A stretch of DNA of 32,000 bases, taken from positions 510,001-542,000 of the forward strand of contig CAZETV010000001.1 of assembly GCA_964514965.1 (NCBI GenBank). Reading direction: 5' to 3'. Source of the stretch: Candidatus Hadarchaeota archaeon (GTDB lineage: Archaea; Hadarchaeota; Hadarchaeia; Hadarchaeales; Hadarchaeaceae). Made by a program: the position numbers and the translations under genes. Below the pieces are notes generated by a model. It worked only from the letters and a program-made list of their open reading frames with translations. It was not told the origin of the DNA and searched no databases. Positions 1 to 9,173 of the stretch are shown piece after piece (position 1 is the stretch's first letter; each line of letters begins with the position of its first letter).

Positions 1-1487
1 GGGTCTACACGATATTTTTTTACTATATCTTCAAACAGGACAACATTTTCTGAAAGGCTTATGCGGCCGGCTAAATTTTGACTCAGGCGATATTCTTTGA
101 TAAATCGCTTAACTTTATTTTCAGGAAGTTCCGATAGTTTACTTTTTATCCTGTTTAATCTATCTCCACTAATTGGAATTGGCGGGATGTCCGTTTCCGG
201 GTACATTCGCTCTGCACCCGGCAGCGGGCGCATGAATTCTGTGTTTCCATCGCGCAGAGCTCGGCGTGTCTCCTCCGGTACACCTCGGAGTGCTTGGTTC
301 GCCCTATCTACAACAGCTTTTAACGCAATTTCTGTTCTTTCTTTATCACCTACCACGAGCACGACGGCATCGTACTCCGCAGCTCCGATCGTGCTTCTCA
401 GTTTATCGGTCTCTTCTTCTGAAATTCCATACCCGGGCAGCTCATCCGTGTGGAAAATGCCTCCAACCTTTCCGTAAAGTCTTGCATGGTCCGCGAGTTC
501 CGTGCCAAATCTACGTCCCGGTTGAAGTTCCCTGCCGAGAATACTCGCAAATTTGGGTAATTTTACTGCGAGCGCCCTCCCTCCAGTTCCAATCTCCCCG
601 CGGACGACGCCGGAATTGGTACAGGAAAAAATCTCTGTGACATCGGTGCCCTTCCATTCCACTTTTTCTACTCCCCTTCGTCTCAATTCATCACGAATTT
701 CCAGTAGGACAAGCTGTCTTTTCACCTCTCGCTTGATAACCTCAGAGATCAGCGAGAGTTCCTGCACCCCTTTAATCTCCTGACGTGCACCGTCTGCGAC
801 TGAGATGTTTATGTCCTGACGAATAGTCCCAATCCCCCGCTTGACCTTCCCGGTTGCCCGTAGAATCTGTCCGATATGCAGAGCTGCCTTCGCTGGTGTC
901 TCGGGGTCTGAGAAATCCGGTCCGGTAGCAATCTCGACGAGCGGAATGCCCAGCCTATCCAGCCGGTAATTCGCGTACTTTGTATTTTCATCCATCTTCC
1001 TAGCAGCATCTTCCTCCAGACAGATTGTTGATATCCTGAAACTCTTGCCGTCGGTCTCAACCCGCCCATCTAGGGCTACTAAGGCAGTACGCTGGAAACC
1101 GCATGTGTTACTGCCATCTATTACTATCTTGCGCATCGTGTGAACCTCGTCTACCTGCTTGGCCCCGAGCAGTAACGCCACCTCAAGGACTATGTTGAGC
1201 GCTTCCTCGTTGATGGGGTGTGGTGGTTCATCATCCAGCTCTACAAGACACGTGCTGTCTGGATAAACTTGATACACAAACCCTTTACCTTTCAGAACTT
1301 CTGCCAGCGCGGCACGGTCCACTGCCCCCATCTCACTCTGTGTCGGGCGCAGTCTCCGCATCACCTTCAGCGACGGTTCCTCCTCGCGCAGTATTGAGGG
1401 ACAGTTACAGAACAGCTTGTGGGTATGGAGTTCCTGATGTATTTCAAACCCGACACGCAGGCCGAGTTTTTCGTATCTAAGCGCCAT
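1..1487 (-). CDS. gatE: Glutamyl-tRNA(Gln) amidotransferase subunit E (GatE), N-terminal ~495 codons; the C-terminus runs off the left edge, so it is absent from the ORF track
   Basis: Hand translation of the minus strand from ATG at 1487..1485 gives MALRYEKLGLRVGFEIHQELHTHKLFCNCPS...LVELDDEPPHPINEEAL...GIGTIRQDINISV...AERMYPETDIPPI with no stop down to position 1. GGCGGTGAT lies directly upstream. The five short track ORFs in 97..1480 are shadow frames of this gene. Confidence 0.9.
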   Translation of the reverse strand, partial: MALRYEKLGLRVGFEIHQELHTHKLFCNCPSILREEEPSLKVMRRLRPTQSEMGAVDRAALAEVLKGKGFVYQVYPDSTCLVELDDEPPHPINEEALNIVLEVALLLGAKQVDEVHTMRKIVIDGSNTCGFQRTALVALDGRVETDGKSFRISTICLEEDAARKMDENTKYANYRLDRLGIPLVEIATGPDFSDPETPAKAALHIGQILRATGKVKRGIGTIRQDINISVADGARQEIKGVQELSLISEVIKREVKRQLVLLEIRDELRRRGVEKVEWKGTDVTEIFSCTNSGVVRGEIGTGGRALAVKLPKFASILGRELQPGRRFGTELADHARLYGKVGGIFHTDELPGYGISEEETDKLRSTIGAAEYDAVVLVVGDKERTEIALKAVVDRANQALRGVPEETRRALRDGNTEFMRPLPGAERMYPETDIPPIPISGDRLNRIKSKLSELPENKVKRFIKEYRLSQNLAGRISLSENVVLFEDIVKKYRVD

Positions 1488-1518
1488 ATCACCGCCCGAT
1501 CAATTTTTGATTGTGTAA

Positions 1519-1538
1519 TATTTCAGTAAATAGATTGA
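1519..1538 (-). promoter_or_regulatory. Putative BRE/TATA promoter element of gatE (minus-strand reading TCAATCTATTTACTGAAATA)
   Basis: The TATTTA core lies 40-45 nt upstream of the gatE ATG. A 17/20-identical copy sits upstream of the DUF2703-like gene at 3796..3815. Confidence 0.4.
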
Positions 1539-1609
1539 CCCACCCATCCCAATACTCTAACTTTTTAGGAAAAGATAGTTGCGTCTAATGAGGGACGAAC
1601 TTGGACGAA

Positions 1610-2506
1610 ATGGTCAAAATAGCCCTGATTCCGGCCCTGATGTTTTTGGGCATCGCGCTGAAGAAGACCAAGCTGGGCCTGAAGGCCTCGCATCTAGAGT
1701 TATTAATCATCTATTTCACCGCCCCTATATTGATGTTCACAGAGATGCTGAAAATAGAACTCGACAGCTTTTCTCTCGGAAGCATCGCTGGGGTATCCTT
1801 GGCTTTCTTAGCGCTCTGTTTCTCGGTGAGCTATGGGTTATCGAGAAAATTCACGGGGCGAGCAAAGGGCACAATAGTTTTCAACTCAACTTTTTTTAAC
1901 TCGATGTTCCTGCCATTTCCGCTAATTTACGCGTTCTACGGTGACCTTTCCATCGCCTTACTCTTCAGCCTGCCGATATTGATCGTTCACAATACCCTCG
2001 GGATATTCTTGGCGTCGTACTGGGGGCACGGAAAGGTCGGAAGGAAGGTCTTGATTCGCGCGATTACTTTTCCACCACTCATAGCGTTTTTCGTCGGAGC
2101 GTTGGCGAGACCGATGTTCGCCAGCTTTGTTCTCAGTCCGGTATTTGGTGGGTTAAGCGACTTGGGTCTATCAACCGTTTACTTGAGCTTAATCTTCGTT
2201 GGCTTGGCCATCCCACTCTCAAAGGATTCATTGTTTGTGTTTCGCAATCGTGTCACCAGCATCATCACGCTGAACCGACTGTTGATATCGCCCGCGCTTG
2301 CGCTGATTTTAATAGCAGTTCTAAACCCGATTGAAATCACGAAAAATACTCTCCTTATAATGTCCCTCATGCCGCCAGCCTTCACTAACTTAATCATAAT
2401 CTCAAGATTCGGCTTGAACGTAAAAGCGACTTCTCAGAGCATCTTTCTGCCCACACTCATGAGTCTGGGAATAGTGTTCGCGCTTAGATTTTTTGTCCTT
2501 ATTTGA
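1610..2506 (+). CDS. Auxin-efflux-carrier (AEC) family membrane transporter
   Basis: The track ORF is 1601..2506; the first ATG is at 1610 (MVKIALIPALMFLGIAL...). The product is polytopic and hydrophobic, ~300 aa with about 10 predicted TM stretches, as is typical of the Mem_trans/AEC family. Confidence 0.65.
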   Translation: MVKIALIPALMFLGIALKKTKLGLKASHLELLIIYFTAPILMFTEMLKIELDSFSLGSIAGVSLAFLALCFSVSYGLSRKFTGRAKGTIVFNSTFFNSMFLPFPLIYAFYGDLSIALLFSLPILIVHNTLGIFLASYWGHGKVGRKVLIRAITFPPLIAFFVGALARPMFASFVLSPVFGGLSDLGLSTVYLSLIFVGLAIPLSKDSLFVFRNRVTSIITLNRLLISPALALILIAVLNPIEITKNTLLIMSLMPPAFTNLIIISRFGLNVKATSQSIFLPTLMSLGIVFALRFFVLI

Positions 2507-2546
2507 AAAGTGGATTCTGATATTTACGAACCTATCCCAAGCGCGG

Positions 2547-3284
2547 TTATTTCGGCAGCGAGGAAAGCAGTTTGTTTTCCCAAGCGACTTGATGGTTGAA
2601 ATGGTTGTTCGGGTCTACTATTAAGGCATACAGCCAGTAGACGCCGAAAATACCCATTGTCAATATGGTCAACACAAGATAGAGGATTACATTTCGATCC
2701 GGAATCGAATGAAACCGGCGTGGCATTTCTAAAGCTACGATGGGTCCAGCGGCTTTTTTCAAATCTTCCAGAAAGAAGTCCTCACGCCTTTCGTGACGGT
2801 AAAAGTCTCTCATTAGAAAATATGCCACATACAAAGCGACGAAGGGTATGAAAAAACATAAAATAGCCCATAGGAAGGCTGGTTGCTCCTTCTCACTTAG
2901 TCTTGCCTCTCTGGTGCTTCGCTCAGCGGAGGCCAACTTATCTTCAATTTTGGATCTCTTTTTCCCAGCCGATGAGGTGAGAACTCCGACTACATCTTCT
3001 TCCAGCAGTTGATGGCGCTTGAAGTGTTCATTCCTGCGCTTGATTAGCCTGTAAATTAGGATTAGTAGCGATAGAGCACCCATGATGCCTATCAAGGCAA
3101 CAACCACGAAGAAGATAGCATTGGTCAGAATAATTCTCATAGGGACCTGCCACCCCCAAATTAAAAATCCTACAACCGCCATACTTGCTGCTGCGAAGAA
3201 TAGAAGCGGAACGAATGTCCATAACGGTGAAATCACTTTGTCAGTTCCACCACGCATTCGAACACTTTGTTTTAACCTCTCCAT
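2547..3284 (-). CDS. Membrane protein with a C-terminal DUF4234-like segment
   Basis: 245-aa ORF with several hydrophobic helices and a charged central coil. The C-terminal GIFGVYWLYALIVDPNNHF resembles the DUF4234 signature as I recall it. Confidence 0.5.
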   Translation of the reverse strand: MERLKQSVRMRGGTDKVISPLWTFVPLLFFAAASMAVVGFLIWGWQVPMRIILTNAIFFVVVALIGIMGALSLLILIYRLIKRRNEHFKRHQLLEEDVVGVLTSSAGKKRSKIEDKLASAERSTREARLSEKEQPAFLWAILCFFIPFVALYVAYFLMRDFYRHERREDFFLEDLKKAAGPIVALEMPRRFHSIPDRNVILYLVLTILTMGIFGVYWLYALIVDPNNHFNHQVAWENKLLSSLPK

Positions 3285-3363
3285 CCGGGCACGCTACCGG
3301 CTAACATTTGGCTTTGAAAGATCATAAATTATGGTTATCACTAACGCTTACCAAAGTAGCAAA

Positions 3364-3736
3364 TCAACTCAGTTTTTTAATGGCTTCTTTAATCATTTCT
3401 TTTGGTGGATAAGGGTATTGTTTTCCTTTATAGGAATAGATTCTGCATCCATCTTTGCATTCTTGTTCGACGGATTCAATTTTTTTCTTTTGCACGTTCA
3501 GTGAGTTCCTCACAAGACAAACATTGCCCCTTGCTAACTTTTTCCTGTATATCCTTTCCATTTATTCTGACGGTGGGCGAGCTAACGAAGTTATATTTCC
3601 TCGCCTTTTCATCTGCATCAATTAAAATTTCTTCTACTTCAGTTTTTACCCCAAGTTCTCCTAAACTTTCTTTGACTAATTTTTTAGTTTCCACACAACA
3701 ATGACAATTTAGAATATACAAAAGTTGAACTTTCAT
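3364..3736 (-). pseudogene. Thioredoxin-fold DUF2703-like protein gene, interrupted by a frameshift in an A7 run
   Basis: Two overlapping ORFs lie in adjacent frames. ORF 3476..3736 carries NCHCC...SPTVRINGKDI...CLSC. ORF 3364..3561 carries ...ECKDGCRIYSYKGKQYPYPPKEMIKEAI. Removing one A from the run at 3480..3486 joins them into one ~123-aa protein. Confidence 0.55.
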
Positions 3737-3795
3737 CTTTATCCACCCGTGTATTCTAGCCCCATACGAACGCCCACTCAGTTTTGATGATGAAG

Positions 3796-3815
3796 TATTT
3801 TAGTAAATAGGTTAA
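3796..3815 (-). promoter_or_regulatory. Putative BRE/TATA promoter element (minus-strand reading TTAACCTATTTACTAAAATA)
   Basis: Near-identical to the element at 1519..1538. It lies 60-80 nt upstream of the start at 3736. Confidence 0.35.
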
Positions 3816-3851
3816 ACTGCTTGCAACTCAAACTGATAATAATCTAAAAAA

Positions 3852-5069
3852 TCAAAATTGGATTATGTCGTCATCGTGGTATAACGATATGAACAGGGCG
3901 AGGTAGTCACGGATATGCCTAGTGATGAGGAAGTTGTTTTTTATGTGTTTCCTACCATTCAGCCCGATGGTCCTAGCATATTCAGGCTCGTTCAGCAACA
4001 TCCTCAAGTAGTGCGCGGTTCCTTCGACCGAATACGTGAGAAATCCGGAGTATCCGTGAACCACCTGTAGAGGGATGCCTCCCACAGCGGACGCCACTAC
4101 TGGCCTCGCTTTCCACAACGCCTCGGCTACGGTCAGGCCGAAACCCTCTTTCAAAGATTTCTGGAGGATAACCGTAGACATCTTTTGCAAGGCGTTGATC
4201 TCTATGTCGCTTGCAGGCGGGAGAAAGATGACGTGAATATCTGGATCATCGGCTGACGCGGATTTCACTTCCTCGTAAACTTTGAACCCCTCGGGATCGT
4301 CTGGGGCACTGCCGCCAGCGAGAACGAGCTGGCAGCCAAATTGTCTTTTAACCTTTCTGTAAGCATTTATTACTCCGATGGGATCTTTCAAACGGTCGAA
4401 GCGAGAGACCTGAGTTATTATCGGTCTTTCTTTGTCTATTCCAAAACGTTCAGCCACCGATTCCACGAACTCCTTAGGCAACTCCTTGTTTTTGTCGCTC
4501 AGAGGGTCTATCGAAGGAGGTATCATGAACTGAGAAATATTCAAATCCGCGGAAAAAGCCGGGGCCGAGAAAACTGCGCAATCATAATTCTTAATGTAAG
4601 ACTTCAAGAAATCCATTATATCGGGTTTCGGTCGGGAGAGATCGATGTGACATCTCCAGACCCACTTTTTATCTTCACTTTTCTTCTCCACAAGGGCTAT
4701 GGGCTGAGGGTCATGGATGAACATCACGTCCCCGTAGAACTGCATCCCCCCCGCATTCTGGAGGTTTACCTGCCGGAAGTATTCTAGGTCTTCCTCCGAG
4801 ACATCCACATCCATCCCGTGCAGAGCATTGTGGATTTTTTTCGTGACGCCGAAGAATTTTTCGTTTCCCTTTATGACATCCCACCTCACATCCACCCCGA
4901 GCTGTTTCATGAGCGGAACCATCCTAGTCAATATCTCTGCGACCCCGCCGCCAACTGACGTCGAGTTGATGTTCTGGACCACTTTGCCCTTCAATTTTTC
5001 CGCCAAGAGGTACAGCTCGTCGATTTTTGCCTGACCGACTACGGCAGCGTAATCATCAATTCTTTGCAT
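3852..5069 (-). CDS. treT: Trehalose glycosyltransferring synthase (TreT), GT4 family
   Basis: The N-terminus ...DDYAAVVGQAKIDELYLLAEKLKGKVVQNINSTSVGGGVAEILTRMVPLMKQLGVDVRWDVIKGNEKFFGVTKKIHNALHG closely follows the archaeal TreT pattern (NSTSxGGGVAEIL...FF.VTK..HNALxG). Length is 405 aa. Confidence 0.8.
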   Translation of the reverse strand: MQRIDDYAAVVGQAKIDELYLLAEKLKGKVVQNINSTSVGGGVAEILTRMVPLMKQLGVDVRWDVIKGNEKFFGVTKKIHNALHGMDVDVSEEDLEYFRQVNLQNAGGMQFYGDVMFIHDPQPIALVEKKSEDKKWVWRCHIDLSRPKPDIMDFLKSYIKNYDCAVFSAPAFSADLNISQFMIPPSIDPLSDKNKELPKEFVESVAERFGIDKERPIITQVSRFDRLKDPIGVINAYRKVKRQFGCQLVLAGGSAPDDPEGFKVYEEVKSASADDPDIHVIFLPPASDIEINALQKMSTVILQKSLKEGFGLTVAEALWKARPVVASAVGGIPLQVVHGYSGFLTYSVEGTAHYLRMLLNEPEYARTIGLNGRKHIKNNFLITRHIRDYLALFISLYHDDDIIQF

Positions 5070-5709
5070 ATTTGCTTACCATCTTGATGAGTTTTTTACG
5101 GAGCCCATTCAGAGTAATCGTGTAGATGCTCAATCCCGAAATTTCCTCCGCCAATTTTTCCTCTCCAATGCCGCGGAACCAAGTTGCAAAATCGCTTGCG
5201 CCCCTCCGGAGGCGCATCGGCGCTTCGAACATGTGGAAGTAGATGGAGTGGATGCTTATCTTATCCAAGACCTCGACGAACTCTTTCAGGTTACTAGCTA
5301 CGTAGAGTGTGGGCAGTATGATAGTTATGCAACTTGAGAAATGAAATTCATGGCCTTCCGGACAGTCGGCGATGCGTCTTCCTTTGGATATGTATTCTTC
5401 CAAAATCTTGATAAATTCCGATCGCACTTCCTCCATTTCTTTAAAGCTCATTATGTCTACGCTAGCAAAAAGTTCCCCCAAGTCTTTTTGGTTGAGGATA
5501 TTCGACAACCAATACGCGAAATCGTTTGGCGGCTCGGGGGACAGGTAGTGATGTTTTTCTAGGAAATGGTGGGTATGGTAGTATATCGAACTTGTGGGCA
5601 CCTTTTTTAACCCCTCTAATAATTCAACTGGATTTCTCGCCCTTATCCCGAGTAATCTGACTAGATGAAAATGGGTGTAGAATTTAAACGGGCCACTCAT
5701 TTTTCTCAT
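5056..5709 (-). CDS. Conserved hypothetical protein, translationally coupled to treT (possibly DUF5752-like)
   Basis: 217-aa ORF whose 3' end overlaps the treT start by 14 nt on the same strand. I recognise no catalytic motif; the family name is from memory only. Confidence 0.45.
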   Translation of the reverse strand: MRKMSGPFKFYTHFHLVRLLGIRARNPVELLEGLKKVPTSSIYYHTHHFLEKHHYLSPEPPNDFAYWLSNILNQKDLGELFASVDIMSFKEMEEVRSEFIKILEEYISKGRRIADCPEGHEFHFSSCITIILPTLYVASNLKEFVEVLDKISIHSIYFHMFEAPMRLRRGASDFATWFRGIGEEKLAEEISGLSIYTITLNGLRKKLIKMVSKYAKN

Positions 5710-5819
5710 CTTTAAAGGAGGGACTCAAGGTGCCATAAATTTTGCGCAAATTGCTTGCCAGTCGGGAAAAATAATTTTCTTGCGACTTGCCACGAGGTGT
5801 TTCTCTTTAAATATGTCCC

Positions 5820-7160
5820 TCAGGGAAGAGTAAAAGCTGGCTTCAGGAAAACATCGGGTCTGGTCCTGGGGGTGATTTCGCCGGCAATGTTGCTCTGCAT
5901 AATTTTTGAGACTTCTTCAATTTTTTCCACATGGGCGAGTGTGAACATGAGTTTCACGTAAGCTGTCTCCGGAAGCATATCATCGCCGGGTATCACGCCC
6001 AGCTGGAGCAGGTCACGACCAGTCGAATAGACCTTCATGTCGACCCTCCCCCAGAGGCACTGAGAGGTCATCACCACGGGCACTCCATTCGCAACGGCGT
6101 GCTTTACCCCGCCAAACAGGGATTCCGGAACGTGCCCCAGCCCGGTTCCCTCGAGCACGATGCCCTTGTCCCCTGCCCTGAGCATTCCCTCGATGACACT
6201 CGAAGGCATTCCCGGCGTGACCTTCAGGAGCGCAACCTTGGGTTCGAATTTTCCATCCACCTCCACTTTACCTTTCAGGCTCGCGTGGTTGTAGTCATCG
6301 CGGAAAAGCTTCAGTTCACGCTTGCTGACTTTTCCTATCGGGATGTCGTTGATACTCATAAAGGTGTCGCGGCGACTCGTGTGACATTTTCTAACTTTTG
6401 TCCCACGGTGAATCAAACAGAAATCGTCCTCCGCTGAGCCGTGCATCACCACGCAAACTTCCGCAATGTCGGACTTGCCAGCCACCGTCACGGCCGATAT
6501 CAAGTTGAAGGCCGCATCGCTGCTGGGCCTGTCCGAAGAGCGCTGGGACCCCACTAGCACGACTGGCCGGTGGAGCCCCTTGAGCATGAAACTGAGCGCC
6601 GCCGCAGTGTAGCCCATGGTGTCGGTGCCGTGGGCGACCACCACGCCGGATGCCCCTCTATTTATCTCCTCCGCGATAGCCTTGCCGATTTTAACCCAGA
6701 GTTCAGGAGTCATGTGCTCGCTGAAGACGTTGCAGACCTCCACGACCTTGACGTTCGCAAGTTCCGCGAGCTCGGGTACCGCGCTGTAGATTTCCTCGGG
6801 TGTGAAGGCCGGGAAGACCGCGCCCGTCCTGTAATCGACCCTGCTCGCTATCGTCCCACCCGTGCCTATTATCGTTACGTTTGACTTCGACGGGTCGGGT
6901 TTGAGTTCGAGTTTTGGGACGCTGAGTTTTGGGGGTTTCCCACACTCAAGCAGCTCGATTTTTGTGCCAGTACCCATCTTTACACCCAAATTGTACCCAC
7001 TCGGGAGTTTGAGAACTAGGTGATTTGGGTCTCCGAGTTCGGTGCGGGGCATCAGCACGCCTTCGTAGCTTCTTCCGGCTTCCTTTACCTTTATCCGGTC
7101 CCCCACTTTCACGGAGGCCACCTTCAAAAGTCGCTGAGCCCTGCCCCTGTATCCGGACAT
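5820..7160 (-). CDS. gatD: Glutamyl-tRNA(Gln) amidotransferase subunit D (GatD)
   Basis: 446 aa. An N-terminal AD1-like domain is followed by an asparaginase-type domain with IIGTGGTIAS and HGTDTMGYTAAALSF motifs. Confidence 0.9.
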   Translation of the reverse strand: MSGYRGRAQRLLKVASVKVGDRIKVKEAGRSYEGVLMPRTELGDPNHLVLKLPSGYNLGVKMGTGTKIELLECGKPPKLSVPKLELKPDPSKSNVTIIGTGGTIASRVDYRTGAVFPAFTPEEIYSAVPELAELANVKVVEVCNVFSEHMTPELWVKIGKAIAEEINRGASGVVVAHGTDTMGYTAAALSFMLKGLHRPVVLVGSQRSSDRPSSDAAFNLISAVTVAGKSDIAEVCVVMHGSAEDDFCLIHRGTKVRKCHTSRRDTFMSINDIPIGKVSKRELKLFRDDYNHASLKGKVEVDGKFEPKVALLKVTPGMPSSVIEGMLRAGDKGIVLEGTGLGHVPESLFGGVKHAVANGVPVVMTSQCLWGRVDMKVYSTGRDLLQLGVIPGDDMLPETAYVKLMFTLAHVEKIEEVSKIMQSNIAGEITPRTRPDVFLKPAFTLP

Positions 7161-7239
7161 CGCTATCAGCTTACGGTAATGCGCTGGGGCTTAAATCGAT
7201 AGCTCTCGCAAGCCATCAACTGCACTAGCGGCAAAAACA

Positions 7240-7266
7240 GTTCAAATTTTCTTTTCAAAGAAAAAG
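7240..7266 (-). terminator. Oligo-T tract after the pckG stop (mRNA sense CUUUUUCUUUGAAAAGAAAAUUUGAAC)
   Basis: A T-rich run starts immediately 3' of the TGA at 7269..7267, with a short CTTTTC/GAAAAG inverted repeat. Archaeal terminators are typically oligo-T. Confidence 0.35.
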
Positions 7267-9141
7267 TCAGAACTTGTCCGGAGAGATGTAATCCCCATAT
7301 TTTTCTCTTGCCTTGTTTAGCCTCTGTTTCTGTTCTTCCAACAATTTAAACAAAATTTGTGGTGTGTCTGAAATTTTCTTGTATATCTCGATTATTCTAT
7401 CAATCTTAGCCAAATTTTCCGATACCCGCAACGTGAATTGTTTAAGGTAATCCTTCTTTGAATAGTCCCGACCGAGAACTTCCTTGAACAGTTTTTTGAG
7501 GTCTTGATATTTTGGTATAAGGCCAGTGGGTGTTTCTATCGCTTCAACTTCTTTGTGCGCGCGTAATTCCATCCATTTGAACCAGACTGCTTTATCAGCC
7601 TTGCTATTCATGAAATTTCCTTTGGAGTCTTTCAGAAAGTAATTCACAGAAAAGATAAGAGGTGGATTCTTAAAGCTAGCGCCGAACTTCAGGTGCTTTT
7701 CTATGTACTCACCTATGGATACGGATAGGAAGTCCAGATTTGACATGGGATTGAAATTTCTCACACCTTCTTCACCCAAGGTTGCGGCTGTAGTTTCTGA
7801 CTCCAGCGATGCACCCTTGGTTATCACACCATGCTCCCAATTGAAAGATTCCTCAACTGGTACCCAAGTGTCCGAATCTCTTCCCCCGTAAATTATCCCC
7901 TTCACTACGACACCTTCGGGATTGTTTATTTCGGGGTCAATATTCTCTAAAAGCTTCAAATCAAGCGTGAACCGAGCATTTCTGTGTGAAGGTGGTATTT
8001 CATTACCTTCTGAATCTTTCTTTCCGGGGATCCATTCCCCCGAGTGATTGATACCTTTTCTCGGAGCTTCCCCATCCTTACCAATCCAGTAGGCGTCTTT
8101 CTCTTCAGTAACCAACACATTTGAAAAAATAATCTCGCCCGGGTTATTTAGTGTCTTCCACAGTATTGTGTCGTCCCTAGAGTTTATGCCTTGTATTATT
8201 CCAAATATTCCCTTTTCAACATTGACCGCGCGTATTTCTCCACCCTTTTTCATTAAATAAGCTATATCATCCCCAACTATCGTCTCTCCTTCAAGCATCG
8301 ATGTAGAAGTCTTTCCACAGAGGGAAGGAAATGCTCCTGTGAAATAACTTACTCTACCTTTTGGACCGTGCACCCCAATGATAAACATGTGTTCTGTCAG
8401 CCAACCCTCCTTTAACGCCAGATTTATTGCCAGACGCATCGCTAATTTCTTAAGTCCAATCGTGTTGCCGCCGTATTGGGTGTTCGCGCTATAAACTACA
8501 TTCTCTTGGAGATCGATGTATATCCTGCGTTTGTCGACATTTTTACTCACCCCGTTTTCAAGCTCCCCTTCAGAATGCACAAACTTGAAGAACCGCTCGG
8601 ACTCACCCAATCTTTTGAATTCCTCGTACCCGGGCCTGTAAAGTAAGCTTTCACTGTGAGCCACATAGCTGGAATCGGTAAGCTGCACAGAGGGTATGGA
8701 AAATTCAGAATTTGTTGGCCCTAAAGAAAAGAATAACACGTACAATTTGTGCCCCTGCATGATATTTTTTAAAATAGCACGAATTTCTTTTAGGCCCTCC
8801 TCTTTATCTATCACGTTTATGTTAGGGCCCAAATCAACGCCCCTAGGTAGAAGAAATTTAGTATTTTTCTTGTCTCTGGCCTGATCGTAATAGCTCTCGA
8901 AATGAAAGGTGTGCCCCTCTATAGCAAGTTCTTTTTCCTCCTTGGACATTATCGCCTCTTCCCTGATATGTTGGATATCCTCTGGCGAGCCAGTACAGAC
9001 AAAACTTTCATCGGGATTACAAAGTTCCACGTACTCAGCAATGAATTGATGAAGATTTGAATTATTTATCCCAGCAAGTTTCTGGTAATTTTTTTCGCCC
9101 AACCTATTTTTGAGTATATCCACAGTCTTTTTGTCCACCAT
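7267..9141 (-). CDS. pckG: Phosphoenolpyruvate carboxykinase (GTP)
   Basis: The GTP-PEPCK kinase-1a motif is present as FPSLCGKTSTSML, and length is ~624 aa. The track start at 9162 is a TTG. The ATG at 9141 (MVDKKTVDIL...) is preceded by AGAGGGGAG and is the more likely start. Confidence 0.9.
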   Translation of the reverse strand: MVDKKTVDILKNRLGEKNYQKLAGINNSNLHQFIAEYVELCNPDESFVCTGSPEDIQHIREEAIMSKEEKELAIEGHTFHFESYYDQARDKKNTKFLLPRGVDLGPNINVIDKEEGLKEIRAILKNIMQGHKLYVLFFSLGPTNSEFSIPSVQLTDSSYVAHSESLLYRPGYEEFKRLGESERFFKFVHSEGELENGVSKNVDKRRIYIDLQENVVYSANTQYGGNTIGLKKLAMRLAINLALKEGWLTEHMFIIGVHGPKGRVSYFTGAFPSLCGKTSTSMLEGETIVGDDIAYLMKKGGEIRAVNVEKGIFGIIQGINSRDDTILWKTLNNPGEIIFSNVLVTEEKDAYWIGKDGEAPRKGINHSGEWIPGKKDSEGNEIPPSHRNARFTLDLKLLENIDPEINNPEGVVVKGIIYGGRDSDTWVPVEESFNWEHGVITKGASLESETTAATLGEEGVRNFNPMSNLDFLSVSIGEYIEKHLKFGASFKNPPLIFSVNYFLKDSKGNFMNSKADKAVWFKWMELRAHKEVEAIETPTGLIPKYQDLKKLFKEVLGRDYSKKDYLKQFTLRVSENLAKIDRIIEIYKKISDTPQILFKLLEEQKQRLNKAREKYGDYISPDKF

Positions 9142-9173
9142 TTTTTCTCCCCTCTTTCTCAAACCCCCGACGT

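Noticed and set aside
97-1480. Five track ORFs (97..477, 266..640, 553..783, 809..1069, 1220..1480) with low-complexity Ser/Pro/Arg-rich products
   Set aside because: All lie inside the uninterrupted minus-strand gatE frame, which has an unmistakable GatE sequence. They are shadow or alternative-frame ORFs.
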